From contig JAZLLQ010000020.1 in NCBI GenBank assembly GCA_045598245.1, positions 13,772 to 77,771 on the forward strand: a stretch of 64,000 nucleotides of DNA. Reading direction: 5' to 3'. Each line of letters begins with the position of its first letter. The first letter of the stretch is position 1. The translations under genes were made by a program, and so were the position numbers. Shown one piece after another: positions 40,803 through 50,137 of this stretch. Under the pieces are notes generated by a model. It made no database searches. It worked only from the letters and a program-made list of their open reading frames with translations, and was not told where the DNA came from. The stretch comes from Candidatus Gastranaerophilales bacterium. Lineage in GTDB: Bacteria; Cyanobacteriota; Vampirovibrionia; Gastranaerophilales; JAILCC01.

Positions 40803-41782
40803 TATTTTTCCACCAAATTTTCTACTTCCGGCAGTACTGATTTTAGGGCTTCATCTATTGATGATTGCAAAATACATCCTGCTGCCACAGTATGTCCTCC
40901 ACCTCCAAAATGTGCACAAACGGATGCAACGTCTGCTGTTTTGCTTCTAAAACTGAACTTTGCTTCTTTTTTCAGAGTTTCTTTTACAATGAATGCGACT
41001 TCAACGCTTGTTGCTTGTCTTAACATTTCGGGGATGCCTTCAAGGTGTTCATCCAGTGCATTAAATTTATTCAACATATCTCTTGTAACGATAGTATATG
41101 CGATTTTGTTGTTTTTAATGAATTTTGCGTTAGCCATTGCATAGGATGCAATTTTTATCATTTCTATCGGTCTGCTTTCAAAGCATTTATTATATATCTC
41201 ATGTGCATCAGCTCCGTATGATACAAGTTTAGATGCTACAGAAAGTGTTTCTGCCTTGGTGTTGGAATACCTGAACGCACCTGTATCTGCTAATATAGAA
41301 CAGTAAAGGCAAATTGCCGTATCTTTTGAAATTTTCCAATTTAAACATTCTGCAATGTTAAAAAGAAGTTCGCCGCAACTTGATACTGTATTCATTACTA
41401 TATTTATATTCGCATATTCCGGGTTTGTTGCGTGATGGTCTAAATTGATGGTAAACTTTGCTTTTTTGTACATGTTTTCAAAATATCCCATTCGGTCTGT
41501 TGTTGCACAATCAACACTTATTGCTAAATCAAAACAGGAAATTTTTACTTCTCTGTTATCTGTTGTGGCTTCACTTGAATTTGGGATAAATTTATAAATA
41601 TCGGGAACTTTGTGTTGTACTACGTATATAATATTTTTATCCGAAAAGTTATTTTTTATTAATGTGGCTAATCCAATGCTTGAGCCGATGGCATCCCCAT
41701 CAGGTCCTATATGTGATACTATTAATATGTTTTTACTTTCTTCTATTTTTTTTGCTATTTCTAAGTATTTATCTTTGTTCAA
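40802..41782 (-). CDS. nrnA: DHH/DHHA1 phosphoesterase (NrnA-like)
   Basis: H..PDGDAIGS, LDHH, DTGAFRY, GGGGH..AAG. Confidence 0.92.
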   Translation of the reverse strand: MNKDKYLEIAKKIEESKNILIVSHIGPDGDAIGSSIGLATLIKNNFSDKNIIYVVQHKVPDIYKFIPNSSEATTDNREVKISCFDLAISVDCATTDRMGYFENMYKKAKFTINLDHHATNPEYANINIVMNTVSSCGELLFNIAECLNWKISKDTAICLYCSILADTGAFRYSNTKAETLSVASKLVSYGADAHEIYNKCFESRPIEMIKIASYAMANAKFIKNNKIAYTIVTRDMLNKFNALDEHLEGIPEMLRQATSVEVAFIVKETLKKEAKFSFRSKTADVASVCAHFGGGGHTVAAGCILQSSIDEALKSVLPEVENLVEK

Positions 41783-41864
41783 AATAGTTTCCTCTGTTTA
41801 TTATGTGATTTTAACATGAAATATTTTTCTTTGCATTATTGTAATGTTTGTATCTCGTATAAAA

Positions 41865-43163
41865 TTAAAGTAAGCCTATCCTTTTGTATATAAAATCAAT
41901 ATTCTTCAGGTAATCATCGGTTACAAAAATTTTTTCTATATCATTTTCTGTAAGATATTTTTTAACTTCATTATCATTTAGTAAGTTTTGTTTAAAGTTA
42001 CCATTTTCTTTTCCCCATGCATTAAGTGCATTTTTCTGGACAATTTTATATGCGTCCTCTCTTAGTAAACCTTTGTCAATAAGTGCCAATAATACTTTTT
42101 GCGAAAATACACATCCTCCAAAAAGTGTTGTGTTATTTAACATTCTATCCTTGTGTATTACGAGGTTGTCAATGATATTTATAAGTCTGTTGAGCATATA
42201 ATCAAGTAAAATTGTGCTGTCAGGGAATATAATTCTTTCTGCACTACTGTGACTTATATCTCTTTCGTGCCAAAGAACAACATTTTCTAAAGCTGTTATT
42301 GAATTTGAACGAACTATTCTTGCTAGTCCGGTCAGGTTTTCACTTGAAACAGGATTTTTCTTGTGTGGCATAGCAGAAGAACCCTTTTGTGATTTTGAAA
42401 ATCCTTCTTCAACTTCTAAAACTTCACTGCGTTGAAGATGTCTTAATTCTACGGCTATTTGTTCAATTGTTGTTGCAATAAGTGCAAGTACTTGTAAATA
42501 ATTTGCGTGCAAATCTCTTTGAATTACTTGTGTGGAAACGCTTGCAGGTTTTAGCTCCAAAATTTCACAGGTAAGTTTTTCTATTTCGGGTGAAATATTG
42601 CTATATGTGCCTATCGGACCCGATATTTGACCTGTTTCTATTTCTTTAGAGCTGTTTTCAAATCTTGCAAGATTTCGTTTCATAATCTCATACCAGTTGC
42701 AAAGTTTTACGCCAAACGTCATAGGTTCTGCATGTATTCCGTGGGAACGTCCTATACAAACCGTATTTTTATGTTCAAGTGCTTTTTGACCGAGCAATTT
42801 TATAAGTTTTTTTATATCTTCTTTAATTATTTTATTTGCCTGTTTGAGTTGCACAGCAAGTGCGGTGTCTATAACATCGGAACTGGTTAAGCCTAAATGA
42901 AGGAATCTTGAGTTCTCTCCCACGTATTCATTTACGCAGGTTAAAAATGCTATGAAATCGTGTTTTACTTCTTCTTCAATTTCATCAATTCTGTTAATAT
43001 CAAATTTCGCCTTTGATTTTATATCGTCAACTACGTCTTTACTGATAACACCAATTTTTTCCTGTGCTTCGCAAACAGCAATTTCAACATCCAAATATGT
43101 TTGAAACTTGTTTTCTAAACTCCATATGTTGCCTATTTCTTGTCTTGTATAACGCTCTATCAT
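41865..43163 (-). CDS. purB: Adenylosuccinate lyase
   Basis: MIERY, TSSDV.DTA, GSSAMPHKKNP. Confidence 0.97.
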   Translation of the reverse strand: MIERYTRQEIGNIWSLENKFQTYLDVEIAVCEAQEKIGVISKDVVDDIKSKAKFDINRIDEIEEEVKHDFIAFLTCVNEYVGENSRFLHLGLTSSDVIDTALAVQLKQANKIIKEDIKKLIKLLGQKALEHKNTVCIGRSHGIHAEPMTFGVKLCNWYEIMKRNLARFENSSKEIETGQISGPIGTYSNISPEIEKLTCEILELKPASVSTQVIQRDLHANYLQVLALIATTIEQIAVELRHLQRSEVLEVEEGFSKSQKGSSAMPHKKNPVSSENLTGLARIVRSNSITALENVVLWHERDISHSSAERIIFPDSTILLDYMLNRLINIIDNLVIHKDRMLNNTTLFGGCVFSQKVLLALIDKGLLREDAYKIVQKNALNAWGKENGNFKQNLLNDNEVKKYLTENDIEKIFVTDDYLKNIDFIYKRIGLL

Positions 43164-43410
43164 AAAACACCTCAATGCTTTTCAATATTGAGTTTACCAT
43201 AAAAATAAATATGTGCATTATTAAGAATTTGTAACAAGTATTGATTTCGTGTCGACTAATGCTTTAATGTACGGTATAATAAGAATGTTCCGAAAGGAGC
43301 ATGGAGAGGAAAAGGGAAGCATTTGAGAGGATGCATTATAATTTTTAATCTCAACCTATGGTCTTATTTAACTCTTTTCCGCAGGCAACCATGATATTAG
43401 AGGAGCAGGA

Positions 43411-44037
43411 TTGTATAATTACAAATTTGAAATAATTACAGGTCCTATGAGTTGCGGTAAAACTGAAGAGTTGTTGCGCCGTCTTAGACGTGCCGCTATC
43501 GCAGGTAAAAAAATAAAAGTTTTTTCGCCAATGGTTGATACACGAGTTCTTGCCGATTGTATTGAATCAAGAACCGGTAGCAGACGTGAGGCACGAAAAG
43601 TAAGAAGAGCTGTTGATATTTTAGATTATGTCACCTGTGATGATGAAATTATTGCAATTGATGAATTGCAGTTTTTCGACAGTGACATAGTTTATGTTGT
43701 CAGAAAACTTGTATCGTTAGGTAAAAAAGTTATTGGTGCAGGTTTGGAGTTGGATTTTAAAGAGGAACCGTTTGGGTGTATGCCGCAGTTACTATGTTAT
43801 GCGGATAAAATTGATAAGTTGAGTGCTATTTGCATGAAGTGTGGCAGTGAGCATGGAGTCAGGACGCAACGTCTTATTGACGGGATTCCTGCGGATGTTA
43901 ATTCGCCGCTCATTATGATTGGTGGGGATGAAACATATGAAGCACGCTGCATGCATTGTTATGAAATCAATAATGATTTTCATTCTATTAAAGGCACTAA
44001 CGAGAGCATAAGAAAACAAGAGTTCATTATGCAATAA
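43411..44037 (+). CDS. tdk: Thymidine kinase
   Basis: GPMSCGKT, IDELQF, GLELDF, CxxC...GG.E.YEARCxxC. Confidence 0.95.
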   Translation: MYNYKFEIITGPMSCGKTEELLRRLRRAAIAGKKIKVFSPMVDTRVLADCIESRTGSRREARKVRRAVDILDYVTCDDEIIAIDELQFFDSDIVYVVRKLVSLGKKVIGAGLELDFKEEPFGCMPQLLCYADKIDKLSAICMKCGSEHGVRTQRLIDGIPADVNSPLIMIGGDETYEARCMHCYEINNDFHSIKGTNESIRKQEFIMQ

Positions 44038-44091
44038 TGAACAACTTGCCATGATGCGTCCTTTCTCACACTATTCCGGTGTGGGATTTTT

Positions 44092-45645
44092 TTATGCGGA
44101 CATTTTAATAAATATTTGCCATAAAAGTAAACTTGCGTATATAATCCAAAACGAGTTTGAGCCGATTATTTCTTTAAGATATGACAGTGTTTTATTTGCC
44201 ATTGTTGTTTTGTGTTTAGATGATAGATTTAGCTTCTTATAAATGTTTATTTTGGCTATTCTAAGAGAGTTGTTAAATGGAAATTTTTTTTCTAATTTAC
44301 TTGATATTTCATTGACGTCTATTATAATTCCTGTTTCATCTTCAATACTGTAATTTTGCGGTGTTTTGTTTGCAAATAGCAGAAAGTATTGAAGTGCTTT
44401 TTCATAATTCTTTTGTTTGATATGGCAACAGGTAAGAATGAATGTAAAAATTATGCTCAATTCTTCTTCTGTTTTTTTACCGAGTATTTCTATTACTTTA
44501 TTATATTTTTTAGAAAAATAAAAAAACAAAATCTGAAAAAATAGCAGATTTTCATCATCGGGGTTGTTTCTCAAATAATTTTCAAATTTTATTAAGCCTT
44601 CTTTATATTTTTTCATTCCGAGATAACAGTATGCATATTCCGCAAAAGTATCTGCTTCGGGAAAACCGAGAGATACAGCTTTATCTAAAAGTTTTTTTGC
44701 ATTTTTATGATCTTCTTTAAAGTATAAGGTTGTACACGCTTTTCTGTATACACACCAATTATTTTTCGGAGCAAGTTCGTATCCCTTTTTGGCATATTGA
44801 ATAGCTTTATCTTTGTCAGTTCTTCCATATATCCACGATATATTTGAATATATGTATGCGTAATCTTCCGGTACTTTATCTGCAAAACATTCAATTGTTT
44901 TGAGGTAATATTTTAAGGCTTTTTCGTAGTTGCAGGTTGTATAATAGTAAAAATCAGCTTTGTGAGAGTATGTATAAAAATATTTTTCTGTTAAAAGTGC
45001 CTTATTTAAGTATTCAAGTGCTTTTTCATTATTACCCATAGAGAGATATATATCGGAGATAGAATCATAGACTCGTGTTTCTCCAAGCTCTTCTGCTTTG
45101 AGGTAATACTTTAGTGCTTCTTCGTACTTTTCTTGAGCGTCATAACAAAATGCTTTATATTCGTAGAATAATGGTTCATTTGGAAATTTTTTTATTGCTT
45201 TTGAGGTAAAAGCGTTTAGTTTAAAAAAATTTTTTTGTTTCCATAGCGAGCATATTATAGCTTGGTATATGTAGTAATGTTCCTGTCCCAGTTTTTCGGC
45301 TTTAAATAAATATTCCAATGCCTCATCAAGTTTGTTGTTTTGCCACAAAAACCAACCTTTTAGGTAGTAAACATCACTTTCATAATAATCATTTTCAATG
45401 TCGGACATTGCTTTATTGAGTGCTTTCATTGCGACATCACTCTCGTCAGTATTACAAAGATATGCAATATGACAGTACAGTCTGCTTGATTTATAACCTA
45501 ATCGCTCTGCTTCCTGAAATTTTTTAATGGCAAGTTCTCTCATTCCTGTTTTCTCTGAAAGGAAAACGCCTTCTGCGAAGACGGATGATGCTTTTGCAAA
45601 ATCACGTTTTTTTGACGAGAAGTTTATGATTTTTGCTTTTTTCAT
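44092..45645 (-). CDS. TPR-repeat protein
   Basis: Multiple TPRs; start moved to the ATG at 45645 (GGAGGTG RBS). Confidence 0.85.
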   Translation of the reverse strand: MKKAKIINFSSKKRDFAKASSVFAEGVFLSEKTGMRELAIKKFQEAERLGYKSSRLYCHIAYLCNTDESDVAMKALNKAMSDIENDYYESDVYYLKGWFLWQNNKLDEALEYLFKAEKLGQEHYYIYQAIICSLWKQKNFFKLNAFTSKAIKKFPNEPLFYEYKAFCYDAQEKYEEALKYYLKAEELGETRVYDSISDIYLSMGNNEKALEYLNKALLTEKYFYTYSHKADFYYYTTCNYEKALKYYLKTIECFADKVPEDYAYIYSNISWIYGRTDKDKAIQYAKKGYELAPKNNWCVYRKACTTLYFKEDHKNAKKLLDKAVSLGFPEADTFAEYAYCYLGMKKYKEGLIKFENYLRNNPDDENLLFFQILFFYFSKKYNKVIEILGKKTEEELSIIFTFILTCCHIKQKNYEKALQYFLLFANKTPQNYSIEDETGIIIDVNEISSKLEKKFPFNNSLRIAKINIYKKLNLSSKHKTTMANKTLSYLKEIIGSNSFWIIYASLLLWQIFIKMSA

Positions 45646-45667
45646 TAACACACCTCCACATACATTC

Positions 45668-45694
45668 ATATCGGCATATTTAATGAAATCTTTA
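45668..45694 (-). promoter_or_regulatory. Sigma28 (FliA) promoter
   Basis: TAAAGATT-N11-GCCGATAT. Confidence 0.8.
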
Positions 45695-45780
45695 GATAAA
45701 GCGTTTATTTTAAAAAAAAATGTTACAATGTTTTACAAGTTATATGGACAATTACCTGTTTTAATAATAGAATAGTGTAG

Positions 45781-45941
45781 TGATAATTGAATAGTTTTGA
45801 TAAAATGTCGGGACGTAGCACTCTGCCGAACAAAACGATTGAGAATCGTTTTGAGAGAGGTTGGTAGCGCATAATTTCGTTTTAGTGATATAATACTTGC
45901 ATTGATAATTGAATAGTTTTGATAAAATGTCGGGACGTAGC
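45781..45941 (+). repeat. 39-bp direct repeat (45781-45819 / 45903-45941) spanning the tRNA-Pro upstream region and first 11 nt
   Basis: tgataattgaatagttttgataaaatgtcgggacgtagc occurs twice. Confidence 0.9.
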
Positions 45942-46007
45942 GCAGCTTGGTAGCGCATCACCTTGGGGTGGTGGGGGTCGCAGGTTCAAATCCTGTCGTT
46001 CCGACCA
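45931..46007 (+). tRNA. tRNA-Pro (GGG)
   Basis: Acceptor CGGGACG/CGTTCCG, D-loop TTGGTA, anticodon loop TTGGGGT, GGTTCAAATCC, encoded CCA. Confidence 0.96.
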
Positions 46008-46091
46008 TTTAAAACAAAAGCCAATAACTGTTTTCAGCTATTGGCTTTTTATTTTTGTGTAATATTTGTGTAATCGACAGGATTTGAACTT

Positions 46092-46259
46092 TAATGCAGA
46101 CAAGCTGCGTTTCCTCACATGTTCGGAAAGTCGTGTCATCCCGACCATTTAAAAAGAGTCGTAGGAATATGGCTCTTTTTTGTTGACACGATTTGAACAT
46201 AATGCAGACAAGCTGCGTTTCCTCACATGTTCGGAAAGTCGTGTCATCCCGACCATTTA
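46092..46259 (+). repeat. 60-bp exact direct repeat (46092-46151 / 46200-46259), each ending in tRNA-like CCGACCA followed by a terminator hairpin
   Basis: taatgcagacaagctgcgtttcctcacatgttcggaaagtcgtgtcatcccgaccattta occurs twice. Confidence 0.92.
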
Positions 46260-46760
46260 GCCACTTAAAGAAGTGGCTTTTTTTATAATAATACGACCAA
46301 TTTGATTTGTACGGATATAATGAAATGACCAATTTGCCTTGTACGGATAAAACGATTTTTTCGGAAAGTTGGCTTTATTTACAATAAATGTCCGATTTAG
46401 TTGGAAAGGAATTTTTGTTTTCTGGCGAAATTTTGCTATTGGTTTAGGTTTTAGCGATTTCCTACATGTTGGAATTTTGTGCATGAAATCGGACAGTCGG
46501 GACAACTTTCGCATATAAGTTAGCTACTTGCTCTTTGAAATAATGCCGTAAAATCGCATGTTAGTAAACAAAGTAGCGAAATCCATTGTAGCCCGATTTG
46601 AAAAAGTCGGAAAAGGTGCCATACAAACCAATAACCATTTTATCTGTTAAGTTACAGTTGCGGTTTGAATTAGAATTCACCATTAGATTTTTTGTAAATA
46701 TTTGTTAAATAAATAGCAAATAATTTTTTTAGATATTTTAAAACACATAGTAATAATTAT

Positions 46761-48731
46761 ATGAAACTTGTATTTATGAGAATTAACTTTAATTCTAATT
46801 TGAATTTTTACACATCACAAACATTACAAAAACAACAAAAAATTTCAGCAACAGATAATTCAAGTATTACGAAATCTTCTGATTTTGTTAAACCTTCTCT
46901 TGCAAATTTGCAAGCTAATAAATTGAGTTTCGGTTGGACTGCAACAACTACTCTCTTATCGCATGATTTAGGAGCAGAACCAGCTTCACATCCTTTTACT
47001 AATGCTCTTTTTACGGATACATCCGAGGCTGTAGATGAGATTATGAGACAATATTCAATTGGTTCAAAACGGGTTGATACTTATGATATTGGATTATATA
47101 CAAGATATATAGGGAATCAAGTATTAGACGGAATATTAGAACGAGGATTTGATATTAACGGTAAGTATGGTAAATATGATACAACTTTATTATATAATTC
47201 TATCAATACTATTAGACCGAATATACGTTATATTAAGGCATTGATAGATCGTGGTGCGGATATAAATATAGAAATTTTTAGTCAAAATGCGTATGAATGT
47301 GCCTGTGAGAATCGCTTAGCAGATGCAGCTAAAATTTTGCGAAATCATAAGGATTTTAAAATAGACAAGATTGATAGCTCTGGTAATAATACTTTTATGA
47401 ATGCTTGCAGGTGCGGTTCACTTGAACTTGCAAAATCTCTGTATGATACCGGTAAATTCAATCTTACTGATAAAAATTCAAGAGGAGAGAATGCATTGGA
47501 CTTAGCACTTGATGAAAGTGTATTGAAAAATGGATGTAACACTGAAGAACTTATTAAATGGTTGTATTCTACGGGAGAATTCACTTCTTCTCTTAAAGAA
47601 AAAAAGAAATATGAAGACAGATTTATGCAAGCTTGTTGTGAAAATGAATTAAGAGTTGCAAATATGCTTTATACATTAGGTATTTACAATCTTACAGATA
47701 AAAACATATTTGGAGAGAATGCTTTTCAACATGCTTTGGCATATAAGAATATGCTGAATTGGTATTTAAGTAAATTCTATATATCAGAAAATGATATTAA
47801 GTATGCAAAAAAAATAGGACAAAATTATCCTTATGGCTATGATTATGTATTACCGGCAATAGAAAGATATCAAGCAAGATTTAATGTCGGAGAAATTATT
47901 GAACGAATCGTCAATACGAAAGATTCATTAGAAAGACATATGAAATTAGGCTTGAATGAAGAACATCTGAATAAGCAAGATGAAATTGGTCAAAATGCTT
48001 TAATGTGGGCATTAGATTTCAATGATTTTGAGCTCTTTAAAAAATTATTACCGCTTACAAAAGATATTAATGCACAAAATATTGACGGAGATACCGTTTT
48101 AATAAAAGCATCGGCAAGAGGACTAACTGATTTTGTTAATGCTATTTTAGAAAGAAAAGATGTTAAAATTGATATTAAGAACAATGATAATTTATCTGCA
48201 ATAGATTTGTCGGAACAGTTTGAACATCCTGAAATAACAAAACTCTTAAATATTTCAAGACCGAATATTTCTCACTCAAAAAACAGCAGTTCAAGTGAAC
48301 AAAATACTGTTTCAATCCCAAATTTAACGGATAACACATTAGCTCATATTAGCCATGGTAGCGAGACAGATTGCCTGACACATAATCCAACGACAAAGGA
48401 ATTGATAGAAAGATACTGGTTAAGGAGTAAAGAAAGAAAATGTTTATATGAAGGTCGCCCTTATGATTCTATAAAAGCTGTACCTGAAGACAGACGGAAA
48501 TATATAGAAATATTGGAAGAGCATATAAGTGAACAAGATACAGTAGGGATACCAGCTCATAGTAGAGCTCGCATGATATCTGATATATTAAATGATGAAG
48601 AACCTGATCTTGAACATTTTGACTATGCGCCAACTTTTATGAAGTTTGAATATCTTCTGGGTTTAGGGATAGCAGTTTTAGCACATGGTACTTATAGAAA
48701 AATACCAAAAAATATCGATGGAAGAAGGTAG
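46761..48731 (+). CDS. Ankyrin-repeat protein
   Basis: Repeated G.NAL..A / G.T.L..A...G...V..LL motifs; N-terminal ...KLSFG. Confidence 0.85.
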   Translation: MKLVFMRINFNSNLNFYTSQTLQKQQKISATDNSSITKSSDFVKPSLANLQANKLSFGWTATTTLLSHDLGAEPASHPFTNALFTDTSEAVDEIMRQYSIGSKRVDTYDIGLYTRYIGNQVLDGILERGFDINGKYGKYDTTLLYNSINTIRPNIRYIKALIDRGADINIEIFSQNAYECACENRLADAAKILRNHKDFKIDKIDSSGNNTFMNACRCGSLELAKSLYDTGKFNLTDKNSRGENALDLALDESVLKNGCNTEELIKWLYSTGEFTSSLKEKKKYEDRFMQACCENELRVANMLYTLGIYNLTDKNIFGENAFQHALAYKNMLNWYLSKFYISENDIKYAKKIGQNYPYGYDYVLPAIERYQARFNVGEIIERIVNTKDSLERHMKLGLNEEHLNKQDEIGQNALMWALDFNDFELFKKLLPLTKDINAQNIDGDTVLIKASARGLTDFVNAILERKDVKIDIKNNDNLSAIDLSEQFEHPEITKLLNISRPNISHSKNSSSSEQNTVSIPNLTDNTLAHISHGSETDCLTHNPTTKELIERYWLRSKERKCLYEGRPYDSIKAVPEDRRKYIEILEEHISEQDTVGIPAHSRARMISDILNDEEPDLEHFDYAPTFMKFEYLLGLGIAVLAHGTYRKIPKNIDGRR

Positions 48732-48794
48732 TTTGTAGGTGCAATTTTTTGCACCAATCATCAAATTCTCTGTTACTTTTTCTCAAATTGACTG

Positions 48795-49073
48795 TTAATT
48801 TACAGCAATAGCTAATTTAGGATCATCAATTTCATCTGCACCACAAGGTTTCCAAAAATCTTCATAATACAAATTGGTTGCTTCCTCTTTTGTTATATAT
48901 TTTACATCTTTATATGGTAAATTTTTCCTTGTTAGATAAGCATTAAAAGTTCTTTGAGTTACCCCCATATTTGTAGGTCCACCTTTATCATTTTTATGAT
49001 TAATATATCCTGCTTCAGCAGGAAATAAAAATTCAAGTGCTTTTTCAAAATTTTCTTTAGACATAATAGTCAT
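48795..49073 (-). pseudogene. Truncated glycoside hydrolase family 108 lysozyme
   Basis: EAGYINHKNDKGGPTNMGVT GH108 signature; ends at LAIAVN without the rest of the domain. Confidence 0.8.
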
Positions 49074-49204
49074 CCTTTTCTTAATTACTAATTTTTATAA
49101 TAAACATAAATTTGTATAACAAGAAAAAACAGATGCAAAACTACTATCATTTATCTTGTTATCACTTAAAGAATTTGCTGTTAGTATTCAGAAAGTTTTA
49201 AATA

Positions 49205-49723
49205 TTAATAATTTTTGCCATCGAATGTATATGTTACCGACATTGCCTTGTCAGGTATAACACTACTGCCATCATCCGGAATATGCCCTGCAACAACTTC
49301 AATATCATGATATGAGTTTGTAGTATGATTCAAAATTTTTATTCCATATTCGGGATATAAAGAGCTTAAAAATGTCAAATTTTCACATCCTTTGGATGTT
49401 TTTTTCAAGACAAAAAGATTTGTTCCAATAGTACCCTGATAAAAATTACAATTAGCAAAGCCTATTATCTCAGAAATTTTATCATCATTTAAATCATAAT
49501 AAAAAGCCTTAACTTTATCTTTAGAACATTGTTCCTGATAAAGTTTTGCAATTTCAGGATTTTCTTTTATCAAATATTCATATAATTCATTTTGTGCATT
49601 TTTATCATTAAAATCATTTTCACTTGCAACATAGTCATATTTTACATTATTATAAATAAAATAACTAAAAACTGATATACAAATAATTAATAGTATTAAA
49701 AGTAGTGATTTTTTGGTAAACAT
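49205..49723 (-). CDS. Membrane-anchored/exported hypothetical protein
   Basis: N-terminal TM, YDLNDDKISEII loop. Confidence 0.7.
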   Translation of the reverse strand: MFTKKSLLLILLIICISVFSYFIYNNVKYDYVASENDFNDKNAQNELYEYLIKENPEIAKLYQEQCSKDKVKAFYYDLNDDKISEIIGFANCNFYQGTIGTNLFVLKKTSKGCENLTFLSSLYPEYGIKILNHTTNSYHDIEVVAGHIPDDGSSVIPDKAMSVTYTFDGKNY

Positions 49724-50103
49724 ATATAAAACTTTCTCGAAATTATTATAACAAATTTTAGCATTAATATAACATTTTAACTACTGTTCATTTTATAATA
49801 TCCTCTCTTATTTTTTGTATTGGAAAATTAAGCCACGACAAATCTGCCATGAGCAGGTGTTAACAGTCATTTCCAAAGATTATGTAACTTATAAAAATCA
49901 CGTTAGCATACGTTAAAAAAGCGTTCAATACCAAAACATGAAAATATTAAGTTACAGGAAGAAAAATTGTGTTGATAAGATACAAAAAATCGAAAAATCA
50001 GGATAAACACTTGATATATGACTAAAATAGAGTTAGAGTGCGAATACATAGAGATAAAAGTTTAGTTTATCGTTCCGACTATTTGAATATTGCTGTTTAA
50101 CAA

Positions 50104-50135
50104 AAGGAGAGGTGCCGTTATTAGCACCTCTTTTG
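50104..50135 (-). terminator. Terminator
   Basis: agaggtgc/gcacctct inverted repeat. Confidence 0.7.
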
Positions 50136-50137
50136 AT

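Noticed and set aside
43285-43400. Glycine riboswitch or 6S RNA upstream of tdk
   Set aside because: CCGAAAGGAGCA and GGAGAG occur in the wrong order for a glycine aptamer, and the rod is about half the length of 6S; kept only as an unclassified leader
45809-45872. Intron-containing or split second tRNA-Pro
   Set aside because: The upstream copy stops after tRNA nt 28, with no anticodon arm or 3' half; the insert is too short for a self-splicing intron
46092-46259. Direct repeats as a CRISPR array
   Set aside because: Only two copies, 60 bp long; the intervening DNA is a terminator hairpin; no cas genes in the window
50055-50081. Plus-strand TAAA-N15-TCCGACTA sigma28-like site
   Set aside because: Poor -10 box and no sense gene downstream
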